In this document: positions 1-13,335 of the stretch, one piece after another
How the letters are laid out: every line of letters begins with the position of its first letter
How positions within the stretch are numbered: the stretch's first letter is position 1
NCBI RefSeq assembly: GCF_001194135.2
Contig: NC_068987.1
Coordinates: 1,555,607 to 1,619,606 of the forward strand
DNA length: 64,000 nucleotides
Reading direction: 5' to 3'
From: Octopus bimaculoides
Lineage: Eukaryota
Made by a program: the position numbers and the translations under genes
The notes under the pieces: model-generated
Seen by the model: only the letters and a program-made list of their open reading frames with translations
Database searches by the model: none
What the model was told of the DNA's origin: nothing

Positions 1-149
1 GGTAAGAAGCTTGCTTCCCAAACACAACGTTCCCGATTCAGTCCCACTGAGTAGTACTTTGGGAGAGTATTCTCTACTGTAGCCCCTCGGGCCCATCAAA
101 GCCTTGTGAGTCGATTTGGTAGATGGATATCGAAAGAAACCCGTCGAAG

Positions 150-217
<68 letters not shown>

Positions 218-424
218 ATGTTTCTGCTTGTCTCCCAAACCCGCCTAATATCCGGTGTTCGTTTGTTTGCAAGCCCGTAACTTAGCGACTCGACAAAAAG
301 AATCCATTGGAATAAGTACTAGGATAAAAAAAAATAAGACCTGCGGTTAATTTTTTTCAACTAAACCTATCAAGGTAGTACTCCAGCAAGGCCGCAATCC
401 AATAACTGAACCAAATAAAAGATA
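1..424 (+). mobile_element. tRNA-derived SINE, family A (head + internal (TA)n + tail), 5' end cut by window edge
   Basis: Head ggtaagaagcttgcttccc...ttcagtccc (B-box-like), then ccttgtgagtcgatttggtaga, (TA)n ~157-215 and tail aataagtactagg...ctccagcaaggccgca. Same architecture as the copies at 43016, 46495 and 58744. Confidence 0.85.
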
Positions 425-559
425 CAAGATGAAAGTTTTCGAAATCTAGAGAAAGTGCTGTCTGCTGCAATACTTGCACTATCTTGTTTATTCATTCCTG
501 CATTTGGTCCCAGTCGCTGCTACACATAAATGTCCACGATCTGCTCAAAATCAGTTGGC

Positions 560-1420
560 ATAGTCTTTTCCAAAATTTTCTTCAAATCTTTACTGCTCAT
601 GACAAACTTTATCTAATGAAATGGAACGTCTCTTGTTGCAGAAATGGAACCAGAAATCATGATATACACTCTTGGATCCATTCGCTCTCAGGACAATTCT
701 GCTTCTGTATGACTTTGTGTTGCAATGAAATTTAATATCGATTAAGTCGACCATAAAATATTACGACTGTTGACGACCAAAACTTTAATGCATAACGAAA
801 CTAAACGAATATATGGGAGTTCATTGGGCGAATAGGACGCTTTGATTTGCTCTAAAACCATTCTAAAATTCCAGAAGGAGTCACTGTATCTTTGGTCGTG
901 GTGATACCAAACTTCATGTGATATTAGTGTCGAACGTCGTTTGAAGTACCAACGATGGTTATTTACATATTCTTCATCGATGAACGATGAATTTATCGAT
1001 CTTGCATGTCAGCAGTTTATGACTGCTTGTTGAAAAATGTTTAAAACAGCTACAATTTCCGAATAGAAATCTATATTTCTCAACACGGATATAACGTAAG
1101 AACGTCACAACATTGAAGTGTTCTGCTTGAGAACGCATCTCGTATGGACGCATAGAAAAGATGCTTCTTCAAGAGGAAACCGCAGTGTTCTAGTTTTCTT
1201 ACAGTATATCCACGATCAGAGAGATATACAGATTGCTGTTCTAAACTAATACCGAATTTGTCGTTAATAACGGGTTTTTCACTCCACTGAATATGTTCAC
1301 GGTATGTTCATCAATGACTACATCCCATAATTCAGCAGCCATTGCCCAAATACGCGATTGTAGCAGATGCAGTTGGAACATTCTAGATCTTGTCTCTCAT
1401 GGTAAAGGTTTTTGTATACC
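560..1420 (-). mobile_element. Highly decayed mariner-type transposase relic
   Basis: Hand translation gives stop-free stretches at 1307-1083 (75 codons) and 1008-745 (88 codons). Motifs occur in mariner order: AAEL (cf. WAAEFKRG), KFGISL...LSDRGY (cf. LGIS...LHDxLGY), ISHEVWYHHD (cf. ITGDETWVHH), YSPNELP..RL...IK.L (cf. YSPDLAPSDFHLF..LK) and R*KFVMSSKDL (cf. RWxKCV...GDY). The DE-to-YSP spacing is too short, which implies an internal deletion. Confidence 0.5.
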
Positions 1421-1862
1421 TGACTCATAAGATTTCAGATAAAAATAATCAATAGTTATTATCGGTTCTTAATAGTTTAGTTTATTGGTAGCTTGTAATA
1501 CTGAATATTAAAATTCAAATATATGTTCCTAAATTAATGTTCAATTAAATGACGTTCATTTTTATGACTTTAATATCAATGTCATTAATTGTATAATATT
1601 AATTAAAATGTTTAAACTTGCATAATTCAAAAGTGCAAAAATTTAATATTTAAAAAAAAATTCATTTGTAGCTTCAATCATAAATAAATCAATAGACAAA
1701 ATCATTAACAGTTAATTATCAATACATTCTGGTTGTGTGTGTATATACGTGTGGGTGTGCGAGTATCATATTGTAAGTATAACTTGATAATTTTATTTGC
1801 ATATGTGTACATACACACATATATGTACATTTCTTTGTATATATGCACATATATATATATAT

Positions 1863-1942
<80 letters not shown>

Positions 1943-2018
1943 GAACAAAAAGTTAAATTTTCATCATAGGGTGTCCAATGCTTTCGTATCCATGACAATA
2001 CAAAGATAAATTTAATTT

Positions 2019-2570
2019 TTCAAGTCTCTTCTGCAACCACCAGTCATCCTTCCGAGTCTCAGCATTTCGTAACGCCCCTTGCCAGCCATGTGTGGCACCT
2101 CAAAGATCAAAGAACCCCACATAATATCAGGTGGGAGATCATAGAACATTCAGACTCATATATTAATGGGATTGGCGATGCAACATCTGCATCGGAAACA
2201 GAACCAAAATTCTCAACAACTGTTCTGGGCCTGGCGCGTGCAAAAAACGTAAAAATGTTTTCTCAAAATGTCTTCATTTCAAGCACTACCTACTGGAAAT
2301 TGGATCACCCAGTTTGCAGCTTAGGCTATTCTGAGGTCTTCAAGATTTTGATTATAGCTTCTATTTATCCTTTGGTCCTGGGGAGATAAGCTGTCCTTAA
2401 CGTTTTTGTGGGTCAATCATTAGACCTCGTTTTCTGAGCATTTCCTCACGTCCGCGAGGTGAAAAGTTATATTGCCTTTGTATAGAGTCTGATGAGCTGT
2501 CAACAAGACTAGCTTTCACGAAACAATTGGTCACTCTATGAACAGAATTAAAGTTTTTGTTTTAATATTT
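2019..2570 (+). mobile_element. Penelope-like element 3' fragment (GIY-YIG endonuclease C-terminus, frameshifted) plus pLTR-like tail
   Basis: Across two frameshifts it reads FCNHQSSFRVSAFRNA / LASHVWHLKDQRTPHNIRWEIIEHSDSYING / RCNICIGNRTKILNN...KKRKNVFSKCLHF. This matches the PLE endonuclease pattern NHxxSF...LSxHIWxLK...IxWxI...RCNLC...KR...SKCxH. A hammerhead motif follows ~200 nt downstream. Confidence 0.8.
2482..2539 (+). ncRNA. Minimal type-I hammerhead ribozyme
   Basis: Stem I atagagt(2482-2488)/actctat(2533-2539), 7 perfect bp. Core CTGATGA 2489-2495, GAAA 2520-2523, helix III ac-aattg-gt (palindromic caattg), GUC cleavage triplet 2530-2532. Helix II is imperfect. Confidence 0.8.
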
Positions 2571-2624
2571 ATTGGTCTATTCTTTAGACTCTACTTCTTT
2601 TTCTGATAAATGTTGTATTGACAA

Positions 2625-2656
<32 letters not shown>

Positions 2657-2829
2657 AGGCACACCTAGTGTATTGCCTCACTATGTAGAGTCCTAGTTAT
2701 AAGGTATACGGTAGTAGGTAATTTAAAGGTAAAACCGCGGTTTAATATATAGAGAAAATAAGAAATGACGCAATAATTAACATTTCCTATCTTCTCCCCC
2801 CCCTCTCTCTGTATTTNNNNNNNNNNTAT

Positions 2830-2970
2830 AGGCAGCGAGCTGGCAGAATCATTAGCACGCCGGGCGAAATGCTTGGCGGCATTTTACTATTTCGTCACTC
2901 CTAACATCCTTAAGTTCAAATTCTACCGAGGTCGACTTGGACATTCATACTTTCGGGGTCAATAAACTAA
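2830..2970 (+). mobile_element. tRNA-derived SINE, family B, 3'-truncated
   Basis: aggcagcgagctggcagaatcattagcacgccgggcgaaatgc...agttcaaattctaccgaggtcgac...tttcggggtcaataaa matches the reverse complement of the near-intact copy at 52767-52998. Confidence 0.85.
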
Positions 2971-3874
2971 GAGCGAGGTAAGCATCGGAGTTGATGTAAT
3001 CCACTTAACTACTCTCGTTAGAATATTAAAGCTGTACCCCTCCGTCAAGCCATGTCGAGCCAGTGTGGAAGGGTAGGCGCATGAAAGGAGTATGACCTCA
3101 AACTGGAATTGACGGGCTCCACACCAGATTGTGGTTGGTGAACAGAACATAATGACGCCTTCGTGCTGCAATGGACTGAACTTATGTAATCCAATCACTT
3201 CCAATCTGCTCCATATTATGTAAACTGATCCTTTCACGACACGTTACGGCACAAATAGTCTTCAAAAAAATATGTAAATAGATGGTATATGAAGGAATAT
3301 TGAGAAATAGCGTTTTGTGCTACATAGCTATGTTGTAGACAAGAAATTTTGTGTGTGTGTGTGTGTGTGTGTAACGAGAGAGAGAGAGAGAGAGAGAATA
3401 TGTGTGACAGGGAGACAGAGTAACAGACAACCAGCGTCAGAGTTAAAAACCAAAGATACATTTTGTAGAATTCATGCTTTAGTAAAGTAGAGAGAGAACC
3501 GACTTACTTTCCTGAATATTTGAGATTTTAGAATTTAATTATTTACTCTCCAAATTTATTTCACTTCTATAGAAACTTCTTTTGATTTTTTTATCTTCTG
3601 GATATTTCATTCAAAAAATTCTCTCTCTTTTCCAGTAAATTTATATAAGTTATATATTTATAAATACGTGTGTGTGTGTGCTGGGTATTGTCTGTGTGTG
3701 CGCGCGTAAACATATATATATATATGNNNNNNNNNNNNNNNNNNNNNNNNNNNNNNNNNNNNNNNNNNNNNNNNNNNNNNNNNNNNNNNNNNNNNNNNNN
3801 NNNNNNNNNNNNNNNNNNNNNNNNNNNNNNNTGTGCATATATATTTATGCATATATATATATATGCATATATAC

Positions 3875-3931
<57 letters not shown>

Positions 3932-4136
3932 AATATGTTTACATATATATTCAAATTCCCCGTCTATTGAATTAGATCTGTTCAGACCAGCTTGTCTGAT
4001 TCCAAGAATTCACCAGATCTCAAAAATTCTCACACCCCAAAGAGTTCCACACCTAATCTGTAAAAAACCAACGAACAATATCGGACCATTAAGTATGTAT
4101 GAAGTAAGTAAACGGTTGAGACGCTATCATTTATAC

Positions 4137-4242
4137 CTGATTCAATAACTATCGTAAAAATAAGAATGGCTGCAATAACAATGACAACGACTTCGTTCTT
4201 CGTCAGAGGTTGGTGTAAATCTAATACAGCTTTCATTATTGG
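4137..4242 (-). CDS. Candidate exon encoding a transmembrane-like segment (unverified)
   Basis: Acceptor tttccttgttttggag, open frame PIMKAVLDLHQPLTKNEVVVIVIAAILIFTIVIES, donor CAG|gtataa. No homology recognised. Confidence 0.2.
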
Positions 4243-4606
4243 CTCCAAAACAAGGAAATCAATCGAACTTTAAACTCCACTGTAAGGCTTGACCGTATAA
4301 AATATTAACGGCCGCCATTATTGTCAGCTTCAAGAAAGCCAAAACAATTATGTTAATGAGATTTCACTGCCACATCTATAAGATGCTTGGCTAAGTTCAA
4401 CGAAAGACGCGTACATATATATATATCTAAGTACATAAATGTGTATGTGTATGTATATATGTGTGTGTGTGAGTGTTTGTGTGTGTGTATATGTGTATAT
4501 ATGTATATTTATATACTGGTATACACATAAGTATGTTCATGGATATTTATACAAATATATGTATATCATATATTTTTTTTATACATCTCCTATATGCATA
4601 TATGTA

Positions 4607-4665
<59 letters not shown>

Positions 4666-5049
4666 TATATATATATTAGTGTGTATATAGATAGATAGAT
4701 AGATAGATATGTGTGTGTAGATAATAAAGAGGTGGAACCTAGTTGAAATAAGTGTTTTTGACGAAATATATCAGACAGATTATGTAGTAGACATAATGCA
4801 TTCAATTACAGCCTTGTTCATTTATGTATATCTAGGTGTGCTTTCAGTGTGTGTGTGTGGGTGTGGATAAAGTCATTGGTGGAAGGACGTAAGCGACCCT
4901 ACGATCAAAGAAAAACTGGAATTCATTTGAATGTAAACAGATTAATGGCAGGATCAGTGAGTCTGGCAGAATATGTAAATAACAGTATCCATATATATAC
5001 ATATACATAAATACATGAATACATACATACATAGATATATGTATGTATA

Positions 5050-5098
<49 letters not shown>

Positions 5099-5429
5099 TT
5101 ATGTATGTATATGTCTGTGTGCTGTGTAAATATGAAAGAAGCTATAATTCTGAGCACGTGCTGTCCTGATATAATAATTACTGCTGAAAAAAAAAAAAAA
5201 GAAATAAAAGGTGTGTTTGCGTGGCGGCCATATTGAATACAGAGTGTTTCGTGAAATCACAAAGAAAAGGATGTTGTGTATGGGCTGGATTTCGTATTTG
5301 AATAAAGAACATAACCACATACGGAGAACATTGTAACACACGTACTCATTTCCCTTCTCAAATGTTTGCAATAATAATGGTTTAAAATGTTGGACAGATG
5401 GCCTGTAATATCGAGAGTGGTGAGGGAGT

Positions 5430-5735
5430 AAAGTGGATGACACCGACCCCACTACTTAAATGGTACCTAGGCCGATGGTACTCGACAGCACAAGGGGAAA
5501 ATCAACTTTGCTGGAATTTGAACTCAGAACGTAAATACTCCTTTCTGTTATAGGCAAAATACCCAAGATCTTGTTGGAAGAGCTAGTCGTTTACGTCACC
5601 TCCAATGTTCAGCTGATAGTTATTCTATCGAATCCGACAGATGGAAAGCAAAGTCACCGCAGATGCAATGGAATTCAGAATACATAGCGTCGGAATGTCG
5701 ATGCCATGCATTTTGTTCAGCAAAGTGAACTACAT
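5430..5735 (-). mobile_element. Two degraded SINE family B fragments
   Basis: caactttgctggaatttgaactcagaacgta (~5500-5530) and ttattctatcgaatccgacagatggaaagcaaagtc (~5620-5655) resemble the family B core on the minus strand. Confidence 0.55.
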
Positions 5736-6441
5736 ATTGAATGCGACTTTCAAAGCTATCGAAAGACCAGCGTGGCTTGCTTCAGTTTTGGCTCCCCACC
5801 TTCCTTAATATTCACTCTTCTGTGACCGTTGTCTCACTCACTGGCTTCAGCTACAGTTCACGATTGACTTAATAGCACCATCTGGAGAGAGTTTTCTAGT
5901 CGTGTTTCTGGACGGTAGAGACCACTCAAGCAAGGAGTTGTTGTTGGCTAAGAAGGAACCAAGTGTTGGTGGTTTGGTTGGTATTTATTGCAGGAATTTG
6001 TTTAGCTAACGTTAGAATGTTCTGCGATCTTTTTCTACTTAAATTTAATTCAGAAGGTTTTTGAATAACCAGGATCAACTGAGATGAAAAGATAGTTGTG
6101 TTCTTATGTGCTGTGAACACGGCTTTTGTAGTGGACAGATGAGACGAACGCCTAGATTTGTGTGACTCGTAAGATCGATACTGACATCGTTTCGATAAAA
6201 TTGGTGGAATATTTTCCACATTGGTCAAATAATATATTGCTCACGGGGACATTGGAGAAAATAGAGAATAGAATACGTACACACACACACACACACACAC
6301 ATAAATATAAATGTGTGTATTTATATATGTGTGCGTGTGCATATGTATGCTATACCTAATGTATTTGTATATACTTATTTCTGTGTCAGTTAACTAATTG
6401 AAACCTATATTCCAACAGAATAATTGGAGTACACACACACA

Positions 6442-6500
<59 letters not shown>

Positions 6501-7084
6501 ATATGGATATACGTATAGATATGAACACAGGCATAAACCTTTGAATTGTATATATTTACCTGCAAGGTAAAAATTATTGATATATTTCAAATTAAAAACT
6601 ATATAGTACCTAAAGGTTTGTAGAACCATAATCTCCAGCTATAGGTGTGTGGATGCCCGAGTGTATTTCTCTGTGTGTTTATGTGTGTATACGTATATAT
6701 GTATGAACGTATACAAACAGTATTAAACAAATGAAATCCAAAATATTGCTAGATAATTCCCTTATGTCTTTTAATATTTATTTCTGGAAAGTTCATAAGT
6801 ACTCCATGCTTACCTACATATGCTTAAGCCATGACGTCCCTAAGCACGATCTCTAGTTGTAAGTTCAGGAATAGATACATTATAAATGTATGTGAGTGAG
6901 TCGTGTGCATGTGTGTACGCTTGTGAGTGGATGCATACCGAGTGCCAGAACTTGGGGCCCTTGACCCTATCAGGCATTCGCAAGGATCGTGACATAATAT
7001 AAAATGTAGCTTCATATGTTACGATGGCGTAGAGCATCCCACTAGACATCTGGTCACGAGCGGATTCCTCCACCGCATCAAGTA

Positions 7085-7205
7085 CAGAAGAGAAATAAAG
7101 CAGGACGTATAATCGACTTGAGTACAGGACAAATACTTTCTGTATCCGCTCCGGCTGGATTTGAATTCACCACACAAACTGTCGGAGCGATTACCGCAGA
7201 GAAAA
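7085..7205 (-). mobile_element. Possible old tRNA-derived SINE head
   Basis: B-box-like aattcaaatcc on the minus strand (plus-strand ggatttgaatt 7157-7167) and a tataatcgactt motif also seen in family B. Confidence 0.3.
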
Positions 7206-7241
7206 CTATCATCGCTGTCTAACCAGTTCTGCAAATTGTTG

Positions 7242-7273
<32 letters not shown>

Positions 7274-7515
7274 NNNNNNNNNNNNNNNNNNNNNNNNNNN
7301 NNNNNNNNNNNNNNNNNNNNNNNNNNNNNNNNNNNNNNNNNNNNNNNNNNNNNNNNNNNNNNNNNNNNNNNNNNNNNNNNNNNNNNNNNNNNNNNNNNNN
7401 NNNNNNNNNNNNNNNNNNNNNNNNNNNNNNNNNNNNNNNNNNNNNNNNNNNNNNNNNNNNNNNNNNNNNNNNNNNNNNNNNNNNNNNNNNNNNNNNNNNN
7501 NNNNNNNNNNNNNNN

Positions 7516-7564
<49 letters not shown>

Positions 7565-8145
7565 CATATGTCTGTGTGTGTATATATAAGCGTATGTATT
7601 TGTGTATGTGTGCGAGATTATGAGCGAGTGTATGTGTATCTATATATATATATGTATGTATATATGTGTGTGTATGTATGCATATATATAGACACGTATA
7701 TAGACATTGATGCCCACACTCACAAACACACAAATATAGCTATTCAGTGAGCTGATGTATTTAAGACGGATCTCAGTCCACTCCACCGGGCAGCATTAGC
7801 ATAACATTGTTACTGTCCACTCAGGTCCAAATATCTGATCAAACATAAGAAATGTGCTTAAAGGCACGGCATACACACACACACACACACACAAACACGT
7901 ACATATATACATCTATGTGTATATATACACATATATGTATAAATGTGTGTCTGTATGTATAAATTTGTTATATAACAAATAGTTCTCCAGTACATGTATA
8001 TACTTCCAGTATTTCTTGATACGATTGGGAATGCTTCTGGCAAAACAAGAATTTAGCCGTATGCGTAATAATTCGTATATGTGTACATACATACATATGT
8101 ATGTGTATATGAGTGTGTGTATGTATGTGTGTGCATGTGTATATA

Positions 8146-8202
<57 letters not shown>

Positions 8203-8733
8203 AAATATATTTATACATATATGTGTTTANNNNNNNNNNNNNNNNNNNNNNNNNNNNNNNNNNNNNNNNNNNNNNNNNNNNNNNNNNNNNNNNNNNNNNN
8301 NNNNNNNNNNNNNNNNNNNNNNNNNNNNNNNNNNNNNNNNNNNNNNNNNNNNNNNNNNNNNNNNNNNNNNNNNNNNNNNNNNNNNNNNNNNNNNNNNNNN
8401 NNNNNNNNNNNNNNNNNNNNNNNNNNNNNNNNNNNNNNNNNNNNNNNNNNNNNNNNNNNNNNNNNNNNNNNNNNNNNNNNNNNNNNNNNNNNNNNNNNNN
8501 NNNNNNNNNNNNNNNNNNNNNNNNNNNNNNNNNNNNNNNNNNNNNNNNNNNNNNNNNNNNNNNNNNNNNNNNNNNNNNNNNNNNNNNNNNNNNNNNNNNN
8601 NNNNNNNNNNNNNNNNNNNNNNNNNNNNNNNNNNNNNNNNNNNNNNNNNNNNNNNNNNNNNNNNNNNNNNNNNNNNNNNNNNNNNNNNNNNNNNNNNNNN
8701 NNNNNNNNNNNNNNNNNNNNNNNNNNNNNNNNN

Positions 8734-8812
<79 letters not shown>

Positions 8813-9524
8813 GTGTGTAAGTGTATACATAAATATTTAAATGATATATACGCATATATCAGTACTTATATATAAATTTATATGTTTGTGTGTTTGTGCA
8901 TGTGCTTATATGTGTGTGCGTATATATATATATATTTATAATTATGGCTAGATTGACATAGTGTATACGTAATGTCTAATGATGGTGTTCGAATTAATGG
9001 GTCGTATTATGCATACATAGAAACACGTCTGTGTGTGCTTGTACATGTATGTGTATGCATCTGTGTGTGTGTAGATGTGTGTATATGCGCTTGTCTGCAT
9101 GTCCGTGTGTAAAGAATATTTTATTTATGTACTTCTGTGTTGCGTTTTAGCATAAAGCTACTCACGGATTATTCTTTACAGCTCTAGCACAATTATTTTG
9201 ATGGCGATAGAAGTGAAGCCGGCATCTCGGCGCCAACATTAGCACACCTTGCTCTCTGACTGTCCACTGATCTACTGAGCAGAAGGAATCGACAAAGACA
9301 ATTTCTCTAAATCTATTCAAAGAACTGCTATTGTGCATGCATGTTTAAAGAAATTGCATGGAACCATCCTTCTCCTCCTGGCCTTCCCCTCGCACTACCA
9401 CCAATTGATTTCATAACATCTATCGCTCTACCGTTCTCAGAAGTTGTACACACACACACATATATATGTATATATCTAACTTTCTATTTACCTGCATCTA
9501 TCTTTCTAGCCATTCATCTACTTT

Positions 9525-9565
<41 letters not shown>

Positions 9566-9592
9566 GTGTGTGTATGTGTATATATATATATA

Positions 9593-9628
<36 letters not shown>

Positions 9629-11429
9629 CATGTGTGTGTGTATATATATATACACACACAAAGAAATGTATATATATATATATGTGTGCGTGTGTGTAGA
9701 TAGATAGATAGATAGATAGATAGATATAGATATGGGCATATCGATATGTCCTGTGTTTAGGTTGGTGTGGGTCTCTATTGTGTTTCTCCCTTCTCTGTGT
9801 TTGCGTGTTATATTAGTTAACTGATTACTAGATACAAACTAACTGCAGGTTGGCCCCAGAAAACCTTGTAATTCTCCGTTTTGTCTCGAAAATATTCTAG
9901 AAATGACTTATTCCTGAGTCATTGTAGTCATAATGTTGAGTGCAATGAAAAGTTCAACGTTATTCTTTACTTAATGTCAATACATAATCATATCTTTTGG
10001 CTGTGTCAACCTAGTTTTATGTCTCCTCAGTCAATGTACCACTAATAACTAACTGTGTAGTACTAAAAACGATACACAGCAATTTGACATTACAGGGTTC
10101 TATATTGGTACCGATAAATCTATTTGCATAGACCAATGATATGAAGATATTCGGAGATCAGGATTTCCCATGGCGAGTCACATAATAGATGGCAGAAGTG
10201 AAAAAATGAAAATGGAGGGACGTGATTAACGTTAAAGAAAAATGCGGAGTAAAAGTGAGAATCCCTCCTTACTGTTTCCATTTTGTCATCGAAGAAATTT
10301 ACTTCCGGTTTCTACCACCTTGCCTAAAATATTTACTTCCTCTTTTTAAGTTTTACCCCATTCTTTTGTTTTCACTTCTGCCGGCCTTTATTTGACCACA
10401 ACGTCGAATGATAAGTTAAACACCAAACTTTAAAATCCTCTAAAGTAAGCGAGTTTGTTCACAGCCACGAATTCTCTGAAATTAACCAGAAATACGTGAC
10501 TGACAGATAAGGATTAAATTTGGAAGAAATTATTTCTAAAGTTGCTTGTATGTAGCTCAGTCAAAGGTGGCGGATCAGCGCCCATAACTTTTTATGGTGT
10601 TACTGAGACAGGCGCTGAAGTTATTTATTAGAACAGAAACTAAGAGTTTATCCTTCGACTAATGTCTCAAGCCTCTGCGATCTTCGAGCGAGAACTTTAG
10701 CGAAAAGAACGCCGTGGTGTGAAACTCAAAGCAAGCACGTAACGAAATTTTTAGTTCTAGTTTCAACTTTGAAACATATCCACTAAAGCATGTACTGCCT
10801 TATTTTCTCTCATTCGTCCCACATGAATCAACAGACGTATATGTTTACATAATCATGCGTACATATATATAAATATAAACATACATACGTACACAAGCAC
10901 ACAAACACGTATAAACGAATGAATATATATATATATATATATATATATAACTACACCAGCAGACACGTACGCAAAGTAATTTTAACTCAACGGTTACGTA
11001 CTACTTGCAAGCTGGCAAGATGTTTCATCTGGAGATCAACAAAGTAAGTCCAGAGAATTCAGATTATAAAATGTAACTCGTTTATTAACATCATAGTCGG
11101 GAGAAACTGGTAAACAGCTTTCCCGAACTCCGGCTGAAACATCTTGCAAAATGTAATTAAACATTTAAACACATAAATACCACAGACTACATCGAACACG
11201 TACGCAGCATTTTATGATTCGCAAACACCGTAGCCTTATGATTAAGGTTACGCTTATTATAATTATTATTGGTAGTAGTAGTAGTAGTGGTAGTAATATT
11301 ATCATTAGTGTTGTTGTTTTTGTTGTTATTACATATATCTGAGTATGTTAACATATGTATTTGTGTGATGCACATCAAACATGACAAGCACACACAAACA
11401 CACATGTACCTAAATACATACAAACATGC

Positions 11430-11484
<55 letters not shown>

Positions 11485-11974
11485 NNNNNNNNNNNNNNNN
11501 NNNNNNNNNNNNNNNNNNNNNNNNNNNNNNNNNNNNNNNNNNNNNNNNNNNNNNNNNNNNNNNNNNNNNNNNNNNNNNNNNNNNNNNNNNNNNNNNNNNN
11601 NNNNNNNNNNNNNNNNNNNNNNNNNNNNNNNNNNNNNNNNNNNNNNNNNNNNNNNNNNNNNNNNNNNNNNNNNNNNNNNNNNNNNNNNNNNNNNNNNNNN
11701 NNNNNNNNNNNNNNNNNNNNNNNNNNNNNNNNNNNNNNNNNNNNNNNNNNNNNNNNNNNNNNNNNNNNNNNNNNNNNNNNNNNNNNNNNNNNNNNNNNNN
11801 NNNNNNNNNNNNNNNNNNNNNNNNNNNNNNNNNNNNNNNNNNNNNNNNNNNNNNNNNNNNNNNNNNNNNNNNNNNNNNNNNNNNNNNNNNNNNNNNNNNN
11901 NNNNNNNNNNNNNNNNNNNNNNNNNNNNNNNNNNNNNNNNNNNNNNNNNNNNNNNNNNNNNNNNNNNNNNNNNN

Positions 11975-12005
<31 letters not shown>

Positions 12006-12859
12006 TATATTTATATGTATATATATATCGGTGGTGAGGTGCTTTAGGTACAGACGGTTCAATAAAATACCTGTGATAGATTTATCTGAAAAGATTTAAC
12101 TCTTTGCTTTGAGTGGAGAATAATTCTTTATTCATATATCGATATAGCGGATATCACGATCTCATACTTTCTGATATCATATGAAAAAATAGATATAATC
12201 TATAGGACACGCTGCTGTAAATCAGACACATAACAAGAATAATAAACTAATATATAATTATATATTTGGGTTTCTCTGTGTGTGTGTGCCTACGTATGTG
12301 TTTTGTCTGTATGTACGTACACATCACAATATAACGATGTCATACAAAAAATAAGGTTTTTTTTTTTCCATATGGCTAAGAGATAATGAAAGAATTTATT
12401 TGGTTTGTGTATATGAGATGTAACGTGGTGATGTTGGTCGTGATGTTGGAGGCAGTGATGCTGGTCGTGGTTGTGATGGCAACGTTGACAACGACAATTC
12501 CGATGGTGTGTTTTATGATGACGAGATGACGATTATGATGACGATGATGACGTCGACGACGACTATATCGACGATGATGATGATGGTTATACTCATAACC
12601 ATGTTGCCGATTGTTAATGATGTTGGTCGCAGAAGTAGCAGCGGTTGTATTAATGAGACAGACGATGTTGAGAATGACCGTTGGTCAAGTACTCACCATT
12701 CCCCGTAGAAGTAATGACATGGCTTGTAGCTTTCCTGACATTCCTGTCCAGATTCGCCAAAAGGACACCTTTTATGTCTCAATTTTTCTTTTGTTCTAGT
12801 TCTTCGTCCAGCGGTTCGAGCTGGTCGTTTTTCAAAAGCATTCTATTTCGCTACCAGAC

Positions 12860-13335
12860 CATCCGTGATGTAGAATCAGATACTTTCACATCTGAAAGTA
12901 GTACTCCCTTCTAAATCTGCAATATGTGTATGTAGGGACCAGCCCCATCCAAATGTAGAAGCAGTTCCCTTTTCTGGATCTACGACGTCTGAATTTGTTG
13001 CAACCGACCTTTCTTCATCTGGAAGCAGTATTCCGTTGTGGATCTAATTCTTTTTTTCTGTAAGTAGAGACAGACTCTGGCAAATGTGGAATCGGTGTTC
13101 CGTAGTGGGATGAGGATATCTGAGGGTATAGCAACCAGAACCGCCTCGGGATGTAAATAGTTACTCCTTTGTAAATCTAGGATATTTCTTTTTGTACTAA
13201 CAGGCACCTTTTCTATAAGTAGAAACAATACTCCATTGTGTGTCCATGGTATCTGTATGTGTAGCAACCGGACCTTTGTGTATGGGGAAACAGTATGCCC
13301 TTCGGAATCTACGATCACTGTGTTTATAACATGAG
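12860..13335. repeat. Degenerate tandem repeat, ~62-67 bp period, ~8 units
   Basis: A gcaacc-like anchor recurs at 12873, 12935, 13000, 13067, 13131, 13197, 13263 and 13326. A second gtagaa..actcc-like anchor recurs at about 12894, 12956, 13021, 13086, 13152, 13219 and 13284. Confidence 0.8.

Noticed and set aside
6120-6160. Tc1-like WTDET motif on +
   Set aside because: Isolated five-residue match flanked by stops, with no other Tc1 motifs in order.
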